Shown here in pieces: positions 47,301-59,235 of a stretch of DNA of 64,000 nt (position 1 is the first letter of the stretch; every line of letters begins with the position of its first letter). A model generated the notes under the pieces. That model was not told where the DNA came from. It saw only the letters and a list, made by a program, of their open reading frames with translations, and did no database searches. The stretch comes from Lama guanicoe (Eukaryota), in contig MU053629.1 in assembly GCA_013239625.1 (NCBI GenBank), positions 3,561,567-3,625,566 of the forward strand. The letters run 5' to 3'. Both the position numbers and the translations under genes were made by a program.

Positions 47301-50300
47301 GGGAAAAAAACGTGGCAAGAAACTAAAATGCATTCCTTTGTCAGGAAATACTGATGGAGTACATAAAGAAAAAATTGCTGGAAAAGTTGAGAAACAAGCA
47401 TTAGAACCAATTATGCAATATATAGGGTTTGTCTCTGTGTAAGTGGTTCCCTCTATCCAAAAACACCTCTGCCTGACGCCTACTGCTTATCATCAAAGTG
47501 TCTGTGATATCACCTCTGTGAAGCTTTCCTCTCCCCTATGTTAACTGTGCCCTCCTTTGTACCCTACACTGTCCCCTCTTCATCTCCCGTCACAGCACCT
47601 TTCTGACTACTGGCATGCTACTAGTTCACTAGTCTGTTAGCCAATGAAGCCAGGGGTCTTATCTCATTCATCTTTATCCCCGAACCTTTAACACAGAGTA
47701 ATCACCTCAAAAAGTTCAATGAATTAGCTAAGTATGTGCATATACCACCATGGGATTTATTACTCTAATAACTAATTCCTTTCCATATACCAAATACCAT
47801 GCCATCAGTTCATACTATATCTTACCAAAAAATTAAACACTCGGTTGTTTAAATCACAATCCTTCACACTTTTAAAAGCAATTTATAAATAACTTCGGGG
47901 ATTCTATATGGAGCCTGTATTTTCTACCACATCTATTAAGAGTTTTAAAAACAAAAACAAACATGTATGGAGCCATCGCACAGAAAATCTGATAACTATA
48001 CAGACTCTGTCGGCAGGAACCATAGGTTTTGATGTGTGTGACTGCCTATGGTTGCATTGTACAGCTAACAGATGCAATCAGTACCAGGAACAGTCACGTA
48101 GGTCTAACCAAAGTGCTACACATACAAGATCTGTACTCTTGGGTGATGTGAACTATACTTCATCATCAAATTATTCTCCCAAGGAGGGAATAGCTCAAGT
48201 GGTAAGAGCACATGCTTAGCATGCAGGAGGTTCTGGGTTCAATCCCCAGTACTTCCTCTAAAAATAAATAAATGAATAAACCTAATACCTCCTCCCTCAA
48301 AAAATAAAATAAAATAACTCTGCCTAACTTCCCAGCACCTACTGGTTTTTTTTTTTAACAGTGGACATGTTTATGAACACTGTATCTTGTCATGTATTTT
48401 TACTAATAAGTACTACAAAGGATCAATGGGTTCCCATCAGAGTTCTCAAAAGCTCATGTTCTGTGGCTAAATACATTTTTACAGCACCTCTTAATGTCAT
48501 TACTGCTATGTCTTTAAGAAACAAATATAAACGACATTCTAGGTGTACCAAGGTATCTTAACGCATTCCTAGTTATTGTACTTTAATTATATACTCAGTA
48601 TAGACTAAGAACTGCCTACTCCAACTAGCTCCATTTCAAAGAGCAAAACTAATATAAAGTAGATAAACCTATATTCTTACCATTATTGCTAATAAAATCT
48701 TCATGCAAAACAGGGAGATCAAGTCGAATTCGTTTTAAACAGGTCTGAAAATAAAGAGATATTTTTACATTTTCACTTGCTTTTGGGGGAAAATGGTTAT
48801 TGGTTCAATTCTTAGTTTCAAAAAAAGTTGCTCAAATAATTACTATTAATTTTCCTTCTCTCCTAAGACAGATTGCAAAATGAAGACCCCCAAAGAGCTA
48901 CTTAGCCTCAACTAAATCTATCCTTATACAATTTAGCATTGTGAATGATACTCATAACAATCTCAACACTTACCTGGACTTCCTTTTTATTTCCCAGGTA
49001 TTCAACTCTGTCAATAAAATCTTCAAATTGCAGCTTAGGGAACAGCCTATGTGCCCAGTGCTCCATGTGTCTGATTAGCGTCTTTAAGTCTTCAGCCTGG
49101 CACATAAAAATAAAATTGCAAAATAGAAGATTCATTCTCACAACTGACCTTGTCAGCAGATTTTAGAATTGAACAGTAGTATCAAAGTCACTGGTGTCCT
49201 TTGACATTCGTAAGGTTAAGAAACTTTGAGAAGAAACTTTATGAAGAAAAAAATGTATTTATTAAGGGCTTAGAGGATTACAGTCTAAAAGAGCACCGGA
49301 GAGATTTCTATTTCATTTTAATTAAAATGAAAAGGTTCAATCAACTGGACTATTGAATGAGAAAAGTTCCAAATTCCTGGTTTTACTGTAAAATACTTTC
49401 TTCTCTTAACAGCATTTTAAAATAGGAGAGTGGTTAAAAGCACAGTCTCTGACTCAGACTGCACAGATTCAAATCTCAGTTCTCCCAGCTAAGAATTGCG
49501 TGACTTTGAAGAAATCACTTTCTCTCTCTGTGCCTTTTTCTTCAAGATAAAATGAAAATAATATACACACGTGATTGAATTGTTATGAGGATTCATGAGA
49601 CTTAAATGATGGCTATTATTGTTGGTAGTGATATTTGATTTTGTCTAAGAAGCTAATGGTCAGGACAGTCACCTCCACCAATAATTTAAATATGTAACAC
49701 TGAGATTGTAATGTCTTATCATTCTCACTCAGATAAAGATAAAAGTTCTTTTAAAAATTCAATCACCTATGACCATTTTCCAGCTGTTGGGGGTAGCTGG
49801 TCAGCCAACCTCACAACGTCGCATTAGACCCAAGGGACACAGAAGAGAAATAACTAAATACAGTGTGAAGTCCCAAATCATGGAGAAAAAAGCAGGGAGA
49901 ATTTAACTTTGTGAGAAAATAGTTAAGAATTTTCAAGAGCAAGATACAGACGACTAGACAGAGTAAACGCTCTCAGAGCCCACCCTCACCCAGCGAAGAA
50001 ACACAAAATAGGTATCCTTCATGTAAGTTTAGTATTTATTTATGTTTAGTTTTGTGGCAACACAGGACATAGGCTTATATTCTCTTCCTGTCCACCGGAG
50101 CTAAGCAACTGCACTGTAATTTTTCAGCCTCCTAGGTTTGAAATCTTGGGATTAATTTTCATTTGGGACCTCCCCATATCCAATCACCTACAAGTACTTT
50201 GTTGTTCGTCTCTACAACTACCCTACCCAGGCTATTTCACCTCATTCCCCTGGTGGAGCAACAGCCTCTGAACTGCTGTCTGCCTCCAGCCTCTTCCCTC

Positions 50301-51635
50301 TTTCCAACTATCCTGGATACCACACCAGATCATGCTGTTGTATTAATGTTACTCGAGCTGGGCTATAAAATGGGAAGTCTAAGCTCTGCCCCTAACTGCT
50401 GGCAGTGGACTCTTAACACTCAGGGTCCTTAACTAGATAATGGAACCAACACCTACCCCAGAGGGTGATAATCAAAGAATATATCTGAAAGTACTTCATA
50501 AACTACAAAGCAATACAAAGATATCATCTGCAAAAAATCGTATCTAAACTCTACATGATTCAAAGAAAATTTTAAAATGTACTTGGTGCAGCGATTGACA
50601 GTTCCTAAGTGTCTTCATTTTCAGCAAAACTGAACTGATGCCTATTACGAACTATACCATATCTTAGGGACACAAAGATGATGGATACAGGTAAAGTCCT
50701 CATTCTCCTGAAGCTCAGAATCACTCTTTGAGGCAAAGTAAATTTTATTCCTCAAATAATAAAGTACAAACTTTAGGTTCACAGACTCAGATATGATTTT
50801 CTTAAAGCCAAACGGTGGGAAAAATGAGACTACAAGACATGTTTTCTGATTCTTCAGTGTCCTTTCCACTACATCATAGTTTCTAAAGAGATATGATGAT
50901 AAATGATAGTACCTGTAAAACATTCAAAGATTCCTAAGAACATGATAATGGATCCACAGTCTTAGGGAACTTCAAAAAACAAAGGTCTAAAATAAAAATC
51001 ATTTCTTACCTCATGACCTTTACCTTTAAATTTTGTCTTATCAAACACATGCCTTAATGCTGGAAGCCCTCTCTCTGAAATTAATCTGTGAACAGAAATA
51101 CGTTTTAAATTTCAAGTTTTCTAGAGCCATCAAGGCCAAACCAAGACCATAAAATGAAAAAAAGTATGATCTGCTCAACTGAAAAAAACATGTTTGGAAA
51201 TATCTGATCTCTACATCATCCCAACCAAGCACCTGGAACATAAGGAGGCAAAAAAGGATGGAAAGAAAAGTATAAATGTTTAAGGAAATAGTAAGTGTAC
51301 CTCTGAGCGTCCAGCTTGGGTATGTTCCTTTTAACTGTTCTCTTTGGCGGTACAGGCACAGGTGCTCCTCTCCCCGACTCTGGTGAAGTATACCAAGACT
51401 TAATATCACTTAAATAATGTAAGCTTTATTTATAAAATATATCCCTTATAAGCTGACAGATGGGCAGCTGAACAGGGACATTACTTTGATCTTTATACAG
51501 ACCTTCATCTGGTTCAGCACCATCACCACCTTCTCTCTCCAGAGAGGCTGGAGGTGGGAAAGGAGGAAAAGTCTCATCTTCTATACGCTCATAATCTGGT
51601 AGGTCAATCAAGTCACTCTCCTGTGGTTCTACCAT
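44206..51635 (-). CDS. TIPIN: TIMELESS-interacting protein (Swi3/Csm3 family), 7 coding exons, 289 aa: complement(join(44206..44393,45661..45867,48681..48744,48974..49096,51010..51085,51301..51379,51503..51635))
   Basis: GT-AG introns with consistent phases, 870 nt in total. The protein starts [31 protein letters not shown], contains the Swi3 domain [17 protein letters not shown]...[37 protein letters not shown] and the helix [23 protein letters not shown], and ends LDQSC*. Confidence 0.97.
45661..45867 (-). CDS. TIPIN: TIPIN exon 7 (207 nt)
   Basis: tgcag|[25 protein letters not shown]...SQSLGN; donor G|gtaaat. Confidence 0.96.
46500..46635 (+). mobile_element. Vic-1-like SINE
   Basis: Consensus head and tail; B box lacks one T. 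Confidence 0.9.
47961..48098 (-). ncRNA. SCARNA14: Box H/ACA small Cajal body RNA, SCARNA14 (U100)-like, in TIPIN intron 6
   Basis: Hairpin-H-hairpin-ACA layout on the TIPIN sense strand. The 5' stems are GTGACTG/CAGTCAC and TTGCAT/ATGCAA, and the H box is ACATCA (48035-48030). The 3' hairpin is closed by ATGG/CCAT, with ACA at 47966-47964, 3 nt from the end. Pocket strands CUGCCG and GCGA are complementary to the U6 5' end. I recall human SCARNA14 also being hosted in TIPIN. Confidence 0.88.
48183..48315 (+). mobile_element. Vic-1-like SINE, ~85 bp from the scaRNA 5' end
   Basis: Consensus head and tail. Confidence 0.9.
48681..48744 (-). CDS. TIPIN: TIPIN exon 6 (64 nt)
   Basis: ttcag|[27 protein letters not shown]; donor G|gtaaga. 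Confidence 0.95.
48974..49096 (-). CDS. TIPIN: TIPIN exon 5 (123 nt)
   Basis: gccag|[26 protein letters not shown]...KKEVQ; donor CAG|gtaagt. Confidence 0.97.
51010..51085 (-). CDS. TIPIN: TIPIN exon 4 (76 nt)
   Basis: cacag|[32 protein letters not shown]; donor GAG|gtaaga. Confidence 0.95.
51301..51379 (-). CDS. TIPIN: TIPIN exon 3 (79 nt)
   Basis: ccag|[31 protein letters not shown]; donor AG|gtacac. Confidence 0.93.
51503..51635 (-). CDS. TIPIN: TIPIN exon 2 coding part (133 nt; the exon starts at 51643)
   Basis: ctag|AAGAAAAG ATG GTA; donor G|gtctgt. Confidence 0.95.
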
Positions 51636-52039
51636 CTTTTCTTCTAGGGGAAAAAAAGTAAACATGTTTATTCATCCAAGTAGTGTTTCTGTTACACAGC
51701 TTAAGTTCCACCTGCAGCAAAACGCATGAATCTCAGTCCATTAAATCATATTTCAAACCCACACATCACAAAGTGGAGAAGATAACAGTTATGGAAAAAA
51801 AAAACTAAGTTAGAAATTAGAAGAACTGAGTTCTAATATAGACCCTACCATTAAATAACTATGATTTTGAGCAAATCACTTTACCTCAACTGTTGAGTTT
51901 CCCCTATCATAAAAGGATGATTTTAACTTTTCAGAGGGTTTCAAACTGTGGTCTAAATGGGGGTGAAATAGGCGGGGTACCTCACCCCAACTTCAGCCAG
52001 AGGTTTTTAAAAATTCTGTTTACATACTCTAGTCTTCTA

Positions 52040-53260
52040 GTAAGGCTTCCTGTGAAGAAAAGGAAATAATCCTCAAGCTGATAATTTGAAAGAAGGCTTT
52101 TCAGTGCCATCTTACTTGACCTCAGAAACATCTGACACTTTCGATCAGTTCCTTTTTCTGGAGAAGTGTTTTTCTTGACTTCTGAAGCACAGTACTCACC
52201 TGGCTTTCCTCCCTTTCTGGACACTCCTCCTGGATCTTCTCTGCAGATTCATCTTCCTCTAACCTGGTCAGTAAGTATCCAAGACTTCATCCTAGGCCCT
52301 CTTCACTCATTTATGCAGACAGCTTTAATTATCATTCGTAGATGACTCACTAATTTTTTATCTCCACCCTTGGCATCAAATCTGAGCTCCAAATCCTTAC
52401 TTCTGATTTTTACATTTCTAAAATTTCTCAAAGGCACCTACAATTCATCATGTATAAAACCAACCTTTTAGATTTTCCCAACTTAGTGAATGACATCTAT
52501 CCAGCTATTCAAGTCAGAAATCTACAAGTCATCCTTAATACTTCATTTCCCCACCGTACATCTCCTGTCCATTTTACTTCAAGATATCCCTTGAGTCCAC
52601 TGGAATTTGACACAACATTGTAAAACGATTATAAATCAATAAAAAATGTTAAAAAAAAAAAAGATATCCCTTGAGTCTGTCCATTTCTCCCTATTTCCAC
52701 AACCACTTCCACAACCATTTCTGGCTTGGATCACTCCATTATTCCTATCCACTTATGCCCTTTCAACCCATTCTCCATATGACAGCCGAATTGAACCTTT
52801 GGAAATGTAAAACTGATCACATAACTACTAGGCTTAAACACTCCAATGGCTTCTTAGGATAATAACAAAAGTCCAAGGCCCTGCATGGTTTAGCACCTTC
52901 CTACTTCTCCAGACTTAATTCATACCATTGTCCATGCTTTTTTCCTTTCTATTCTTCAGGAACTAGACCTTTACAAAAGCTGTTTCCTATCTAGAAGGCT
53001 CTTCCCTGACTCCTAATCTCTCAGATCTCAGTAATCACCTCAGAAAAGTGTCCCCCAATTTTCTTAAATTAAATTCTCCTATAATAAGCATTCAAGGTGT
53101 CATCTATAAGTTTCATAGCACTTACCCAATCCCAATGCTAGGTTCTATTTGTCTGATTACTTGATTAACATTTGTCTCCCATACTAGACTGCAGCTCTAC
53201 AAGGGAAATGACCAGGTAGGTCTCTTTGTGCTCCATCCTTATAGCCCCCAAACTGATACG
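52040..53260 (+). mobile_element. L2 LINE fragment in TIPIN intron 1
   Basis: Pyrimidine-rich L2 body with 3' motif tgtctcccatactagactgcagctc. Confidence 0.7.
52598..52660 (+). mobile_element. 63-bp L1 3' tail insertion
   Basis: Perfect 17-bp TSD aagatatcccttgagtc at 52581-52597 and 52661-52677. Confidence 0.92.
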
Positions 53261-53559
53261 CAGTCAGAGCTCAAGAAGAAGTTATCTTGGCCCTCCCAAC
53301 TTACACGAGCAGAAAACCTGCGCAGCTCAACAGCTCTAAAGAAGGGCACACTTCCCGACACCTACTTCAAATGTGGCCAAGAGGGGAATGAATGGACAGG
53401 GAAGACGCTCCTGGAGGGCAAGGCTGGGACCATGGAGGAAGGGGACAAGGGGGTGGTCCCAGAGAGCAGAACTGCAGTGGCCAAATGAGCTTTCTCATTT
53501 CGCTGCCAGGCAGGTAGCCCAGAAATCCTCACTAAACCCACGAGTTTCCTGAATTCAGA

Positions 53560-54060
53560 GTGAGAGTTATTTTCAGTGAGTTCCCCACCGACCACCTCTC
53601 CGCACAGGTCGCAGCCGGTCAGGCCCTCCCTTCCTCTCCAGTCCCGCTCGGCCCCGGTCCGTCTCGGTCAAGTCCTCCTGCCTCCTCACTCCCTCTCTGC
53701 GACGGCCCAGCATCCCCGCTCCCTCGCCTGACCCCCTCAGACGCCTCTCCCCTCCGGAACTTCACACGCGCACCAGCCAGCTCTCACCTCACGCAGACCG
53801 CTGCAGCCACTGCACGGTGCTCGGCGCCACGGGGAAACCGCGTTTCTTGCGAGACTCTCGCGAGAAAAGGCCCTTGGCGTTTGGCGCCAAAAATGCGCAC
53901 GGCCCGACCCGCCTCCCCCAGGTCCCGCCCAGCTACGTCTGTCCCCGCCTTTCCGGGGTTCGGCCCAGCCCACCACGCCCCTCCCCGCCGCTTCCGCCTC
54001 CCGGAATTTCTCCGAGCAGTTTAGCCACCTTGTTTGAGTAAGTTCGTGTTCGTTATGCTC
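53560..54060. promoter_or_regulatory. TIPIN CpG-island promoter with BANP-type and E2F motifs
   Basis: CpG-dense; TCTCGCGAGA 53856-53865, variant TCTTGCGAGA 53845-53854, palindromic TTTGGCGCCAAA 53880-53891, GC/KLF boxes ~53922-53980. Confidence 0.88.
53788..53850 (-). other. TIPIN: TIPIN non-coding exon 1 (5' end approximate)
   Basis: Strong minus-strand donor GAG|gtgaga at 53788/53787 inside the CpG island, just downstream of the BANP/E2F motifs; the TSS is inferred. Confidence 0.7.
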
Positions 54061-55789
54061 CAGGCACTTTGGACTTTGGAAATAGGTCCCAGCTTTTTTA
54101 GAAAACTGGATTGTGGGTGGAATATAAAGGATAGAGGCAAACAGAATCTGATGGGAAACTACTGATTCTTCAGAGTTACTAACAATTCCTTGAACCCAAC
54201 AGTTCTATTGTTTGAATAATGAGCTGAGAAACTAGGCGACAAAGAGTTAGTGTTAGGTTTGTGGGCACAAGGAAGAATGTCAAAAACTTGTTACCTTTAA
54301 TTTTTTTAAGGTGGGTCCAAATATATTTGTATTTGCTTGCACACACTCACCCACAAACGGGGAAAAATAAATATATTACTAATACTTGCGAAGATGGGAA
54401 CTGGGCATATGGGACAGTATGGGATAGGGACCGAACACTATACTTTTTTGGAACATAAATGTGTTAACTATTCAAAAAACAAAAAAAGTTACGTTCAGCA
54501 AATACAGCATCAAGATTTGACACACCAAGAAGATGAGTAATGTTTGCAGCATTATTTCTCTGCTTTTCTGTAGCTTGAAATATTTCATTAAAATTATAAA
54601 ATAAGTCAAATATGTGGAAGTAAGATAAAGTAAATTGCAAGCTCTATTTATCTAAAATTACGTATGGAAATATGTATATGTGGCACATTTTCCTTCATTT
54701 TATGTTTGATTCCCATAAATACAAGATAACATTTCTAATATTAAGCAATTTACAGAATTAATATTAATTTAAATGGGAACTATATAAACTTCCAGAATCT
54801 GGATAATTGAAGCAAAACACATTCTTCTAATTGTCCAGGAAATAGTCTGTCTTCTCCACTTTATGTCTAATAAAGTAAATATAAAATCCCTTTGTGAAAT
54901 TAAAAAGTTATATGCCACCTTGCCCCTCTCCCTGCAAAAAAGCCCAGAGCAGAAGCTCTGATGGTTTGAATCTCTGTTCATCATTTACGACTTGGTGACC
55001 TTTGTGCTTCAGTTCCTCATTATTAACAATAGTATTTACTTCACAGGATATTAAGGAGGATTAAATGATACTTAATAAATGTTACCTATTGTTATCCACA
55101 TAATTTTTAGTATGTTTGACCCTTTTAGAAAGTGTAAAAACTTTGGTAATTGTGGGTCTATGTGGATATAACTACCACAATTGTAAAGCATTAACACATT
55201 ATTGTCTAAGACTGTCCTTTTTTTCATATGAGGAATATTAGAGATACATTTTCCTTAGTAATTTCACCAGAGATATAAAAAATAGCTTTCCCATAGATCG
55301 TGTCATTAAAACTCTTTTAAAACTGTTTAATGTTTTTAAAAGTGAATAGTGTTAAAGAAAAAATAGGCTATCAAAGACCGAAGGTTGAGTTTAGAATGTA
55401 AGTTTCTCTGATAAGCTGGGAACCCAGTCCACAGTTGAGATTTGAAAGAAGAGAAATGGGGTAAATCTTTTACAAGTAAAAGACCATGAAATCTTTCTAA
55501 ACCACATTTGAAAAGGCAAGTCTCTGAGTCTTATTGATTGGCTGGTGTTACTAGGGCCTGTCCCTTAGGTAAGTGCTGGACTGGCTGGTGGTAGTTGTCT
55601 GCTGTGTACTTGAGGACATTGTCTGAAGATTGTGGCATCTACTTGCCCTGCCTTGTACATAACATGCCAAAGTTGGGACCATATCACGGAGTCAGGTCTG
55701 CATCAGCACTAGTAATCAAAGTGGCCAGACCAGGAATTACTAATCAGGATATGGTAAGCTACAAATAACAGAAAATACTAAAATGAACT

Positions 55790-56237
55790 AAATAAACTAA
55801 AATAACAGTAAGCAAGATAGAAAGTTTATTTGCCCCTCCGGTACAAAAGTCTGGCTGTAGTAAGTTCAGAGTTGCCATGGTGCTCAACAGTGTTAGGAAT
55901 CCAGTGTCCTGGCTTCTTGCTTTACTGTGTGAGCATTCCATTCTCAAGTTCACATCGTTGTCCATGATGGCCTCTAGAACTCCAGCTGCATTCCAATCAG
56001 CAGGAAGGGGGAAAGCTAGAAGGGCATGGCTCAGCATTTTAAGAACATTTCCCAGAAGTTGCTTACAACAATTCTAGTGACATCAGAATGTAATCCCATG
56101 GCCACACACACGTTGCAAAAGAGACTGGGAATACAGTCTGTTCTTCGTGATTGTGGCCAGGGTTTCACAACTCAGGGTTTCTATTATTGTGGAAAAAGGA
56201 GTGAAAATATGTTGGGGGAAAATTAGTAGATGGCCAC
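55790..56237 (-). mobile_element. Old MLT1-type LTR
   Basis: caagatagaaagtttattt...gatggcctctagaactccagc...gcaaaagagactggga motifs. Confidence 0.6.
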
Positions 56238-56324
56238 AAATAATAAAATAGGAAAAAAAATAAACTTATATTTTTGTTTTGCAAATCTACAGTTTTAGAG
56301 TGTTTCCAAAAATATTAAGAATGT

Positions 56325-56410
56325 GGGAGTCCTGGGTTCAATCCCCAGTACCTCCTCCAAGAATTAATTAATTAATTAATAAACCTAATTGCCCTCCCCC
56401 AATTAAGATA
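56325..56410 (+). mobile_element. 5'-truncated Vic-1-like SINE
   Basis: Begins near the B box; tail (ATTA)n aaacctaattgccctcccc. Confidence 0.8.
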
Positions 56411-56749
56411 AAGAGAGTTTGTGGATAAAAAATTTAGTAATAAAATAAAATATAAGCATTAAAAAATGTAAATAGCTAGGACCTTTCCCAGTAACGCATA
56501 TAAGCAATTCACAACACAAGAAGACTATTAACATCACCGTACATTGTATTATATCTTTGGGAATCTTTCCTAGAATACATCCTCAAACTGTATATAATAT
56601 CAGCTCTAGTAAGAACTAACAGTCTGACCCTGATCAGATCACTTTATTGCTCTGAGTCTGTTTGCTCTTTTGTAATATTAAAGATGTGAATTAGATGAGC
56701 CCAAAGGAACTGTTCTAATGAAGGATACTCAAGAGTAATAAATCATTTA

Positions 56750-57293
56750 TTGTGTTCCGTGTTTTAGGTCATAAGCCAAGTTGGTAAGATAAGGTAACCT
56801 TTGAACGCCCTTTCTATCTCTGGGGACTCCTACCTTATGAGTTCAACCCTAAGATAGCAGTGAAAAATTCATCTTCTCAGGGTTCCACACAGCTAGGTGT
56901 ATCCTGGGTACCCCAGTTCTACAACTGAATGAAATTTCAGGTCAGAAGAGAGTGAAGTGAAGATGGAGGCACTACTTGTAATCCATTCTGGCAAAAAAAC
57001 AACTAGCTTCCAAAGGCAGCAGGATTAGGGGCCCCAGTGGTCATGTTCAGTGTCCATTGTCAGGGGTGAGAGTACAAGTCCACTTTAGTCTAGTAGTGGT
57101 ACCAGTAGAATCTCCACCTAGAACAGCAGAACAGCACAGTTTTGCCATTAATCCTGTATAGCTGCCAAGCCTCATTTCCTGCCCACGCAGAGATTCTAGG
57201 AGCCATCTGTATCCTTTAATAAGTTTATTTTCTGTTTAAACTACTACTGAGATGGGATTCTGTTATTTGCAATGAAGAACATTGACTGATGTA
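56750..57293 (+). mobile_element. Old ERVL-type LTR (LTR16/33-like)
   Basis: 3' motif cctttaataagtttattttctgtttaaac...tctgttatttgcaatgaagaac..tgactgat. Confidence 0.55.
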
Positions 57294-57608
57294 CGTTGAT
57301 TGACTATAAATAATATAACACAATATACAGTTAAATGCTGATTTACTTGAACCCAAAAGTTGATAAGTGCTGGGGGCAAGTAAGATGAACAAGAGTTGGA
57401 GTAGTCAGGGAAGACTTCTGGAAAGATCTGGAACTTCACCAGAATCTTGGAACTAGGAGGATTTAGATAGATGTATGGGAAGGTACCCTAAAACAAGATA
57501 AATAACAGAAGCATAATAATGATCAAGCTTCAGTACGGAGACAGACTTAATTGACTCAGATTATGTTGCTGGAGAAAATGAAAAATAAGGTTAGGTGGGG
57601 CAGTCATT

Positions 57609-58710
57609 TAAAGAAAAAATTTTTTTATTGAAGTACAGTCAGTTACAAAGTGTCAGTTTCTGGTGTACAGAATAATGTCTCAGTCATGCATGTACATACA
57701 TATATTCGTTTTCATATTCTTTTCCATTAAAGGTAATTATAAGATATTGAATATAGTTCCCTGTGCTATACAGAAGAAACTTGGGGTTTTTGTTTTGTTT
57801 TGTTTTTTGTTTCTTAGTCTATTTTTATATATAGTGGCTAACATTTGCAAATCTCAGATTCCCAAATTCATCCCTTCCTACTCACTTTCTCCAGTAACCA
57901 TAAGATTACTTACTAAGTCTGTGAGTCTGTTTCTGTTTTGTGGATGAGTTCATAGTGTACTTTTTTTCTTTTTTTTTTTAGATCCCACATATGAGTGATA
58001 TCATATGGTATTTTTCTTTCTCTTTCTGGCTTACTTAGAATGATGATCTCTAGGTCCATCCATGTTGCTGCAAATGACATTATTTTATTCTTTTTATGGC
58101 TGAGTAGTATTCCATTGTATGAATATACCACAACTTCTTTGTCCGGTCATCTGTTGATAGATATTTAGGTTGTTTCCATGTCTTGGCTGTTGTATATAGT
58201 GCTGCTATGAACATTGGGATGCATGTATCTTTTTGAATTAGAGTTCCTTCTGGATATATACCCAGAATTGGGATTGCTGGATCATATGGTAAGTGTATTT
58301 TTAGTTTTTTGAGGCATCTCCATACTGTGTTCCATAATGGCTGCACCAAACTACATTCCTGCCAGCAGTGTAGGAGGGTTCCCTTTTCTCCACACCTTCT
58401 CCAGCATTTATTGTTTGTGGACTTTTGAATGATAGCCATCCTGACTGGTGTGAGGTGACATCTCATTGTAGTTTTTAATTTGAATTTCTATGATAATTAG
58501 TGATATTGAGCATTTTTTTCATGTGCCTATTGGCCTTTTGTGTGTTTTCATTGGAAAATTGCTTATTTAGGTCTTCTGCCCATTTTTTGATTGGGTTTTT
58601 TTTTTTGCTGTTGTTGTTGTTATTAAGTTGTATGAGCTGTTTATATATTCTCGAAATTAAGCCTTTGTCAGTCACATCATTTGCAAATATTTTCTCCCAC
58701 TCTGTAGGTT
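57609..58710 (-). mobile_element. 5'-truncated L1 (~1.1 kb, disrupted ORF2 C-terminus and 3' UTR)
   Basis: Minus ORFs with L1 ORF2 motifs (EWEKIFAN...[42 protein letters not shown]); TSD gt(g/a)gg(g/a)cagtcatt at 57595-57608 and 58711-58724. Confidence 0.95.
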
Positions 58711-58884
58711 GTAGGACAGTCATTCTGAACAGAGGAATCTCATTGATTCTGTTTTTTTCCATAGGCCCTAAAAGGTTTTAAATACTATTTTTATGTAATA
58801 TTTGATACCTACAAAATAATATATAATACTTATGTATGTTATAAAGCACAGCAATAGAATATACACACCTTTGAACATACCACC

Positions 58885-59235
58885 TGTTAAAATTGGAGAG
58901 AAAGGATTAGAGACAACTCAATGGCAGAGTCAGGTTCATTGCGAGAAGCCTACAGAGGGGGTCTCCAGTTAGACTGGAGCCCGCTCTTTGTGTGTAAGCT
59001 TGGTTATTTATGCCTGAGGGTACGAACTCATTGGTGCGTTCTTATGCAAATAAACGGTGCTGAAAGTGAGAGGGGCGTGTCTGGCAGAGAGAAAGGGGCA
59101 TGTTGGACAAACGATCCCACGAGTAGTTCTCACTCAGGTCCTGGGAGGGTTTTACAGGCAGAAGGAATCTTGGCTTGTCCTGAAATAGCGGTGGAAAACC
59201 AAAATGGAATGGATCTTGTCTATCATCACCCAACG
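58885..59235. mobile_element. Probable ERV solo LTR inserted in an old L1 fragment
   Basis: Starts TGTT and ends ...caacg; compositionally distinct from its AT-rich flanks; family not recognised. Confidence 0.45.

Noticed and set aside
51636..51665. Upstream in-frame ATG extending TIPIN ([10 protein letters not shown])
   Set aside because: It lies in the intron 1 polypyrimidine tract, upstream of the acceptor at 51644.
53560..54041. ORFs in the TIPIN CpG island as a divergent gene
   Set aside because: They are GC-rich artefacts with non-ATG starts and no downstream exon structure.
57913..58762. Minus-strand ORFs resembling a reverse-transcriptase protein tail
   Set aside because: These are frameshifted fragments of L1 ORF2 in a 5'-truncated copy, not a gene.
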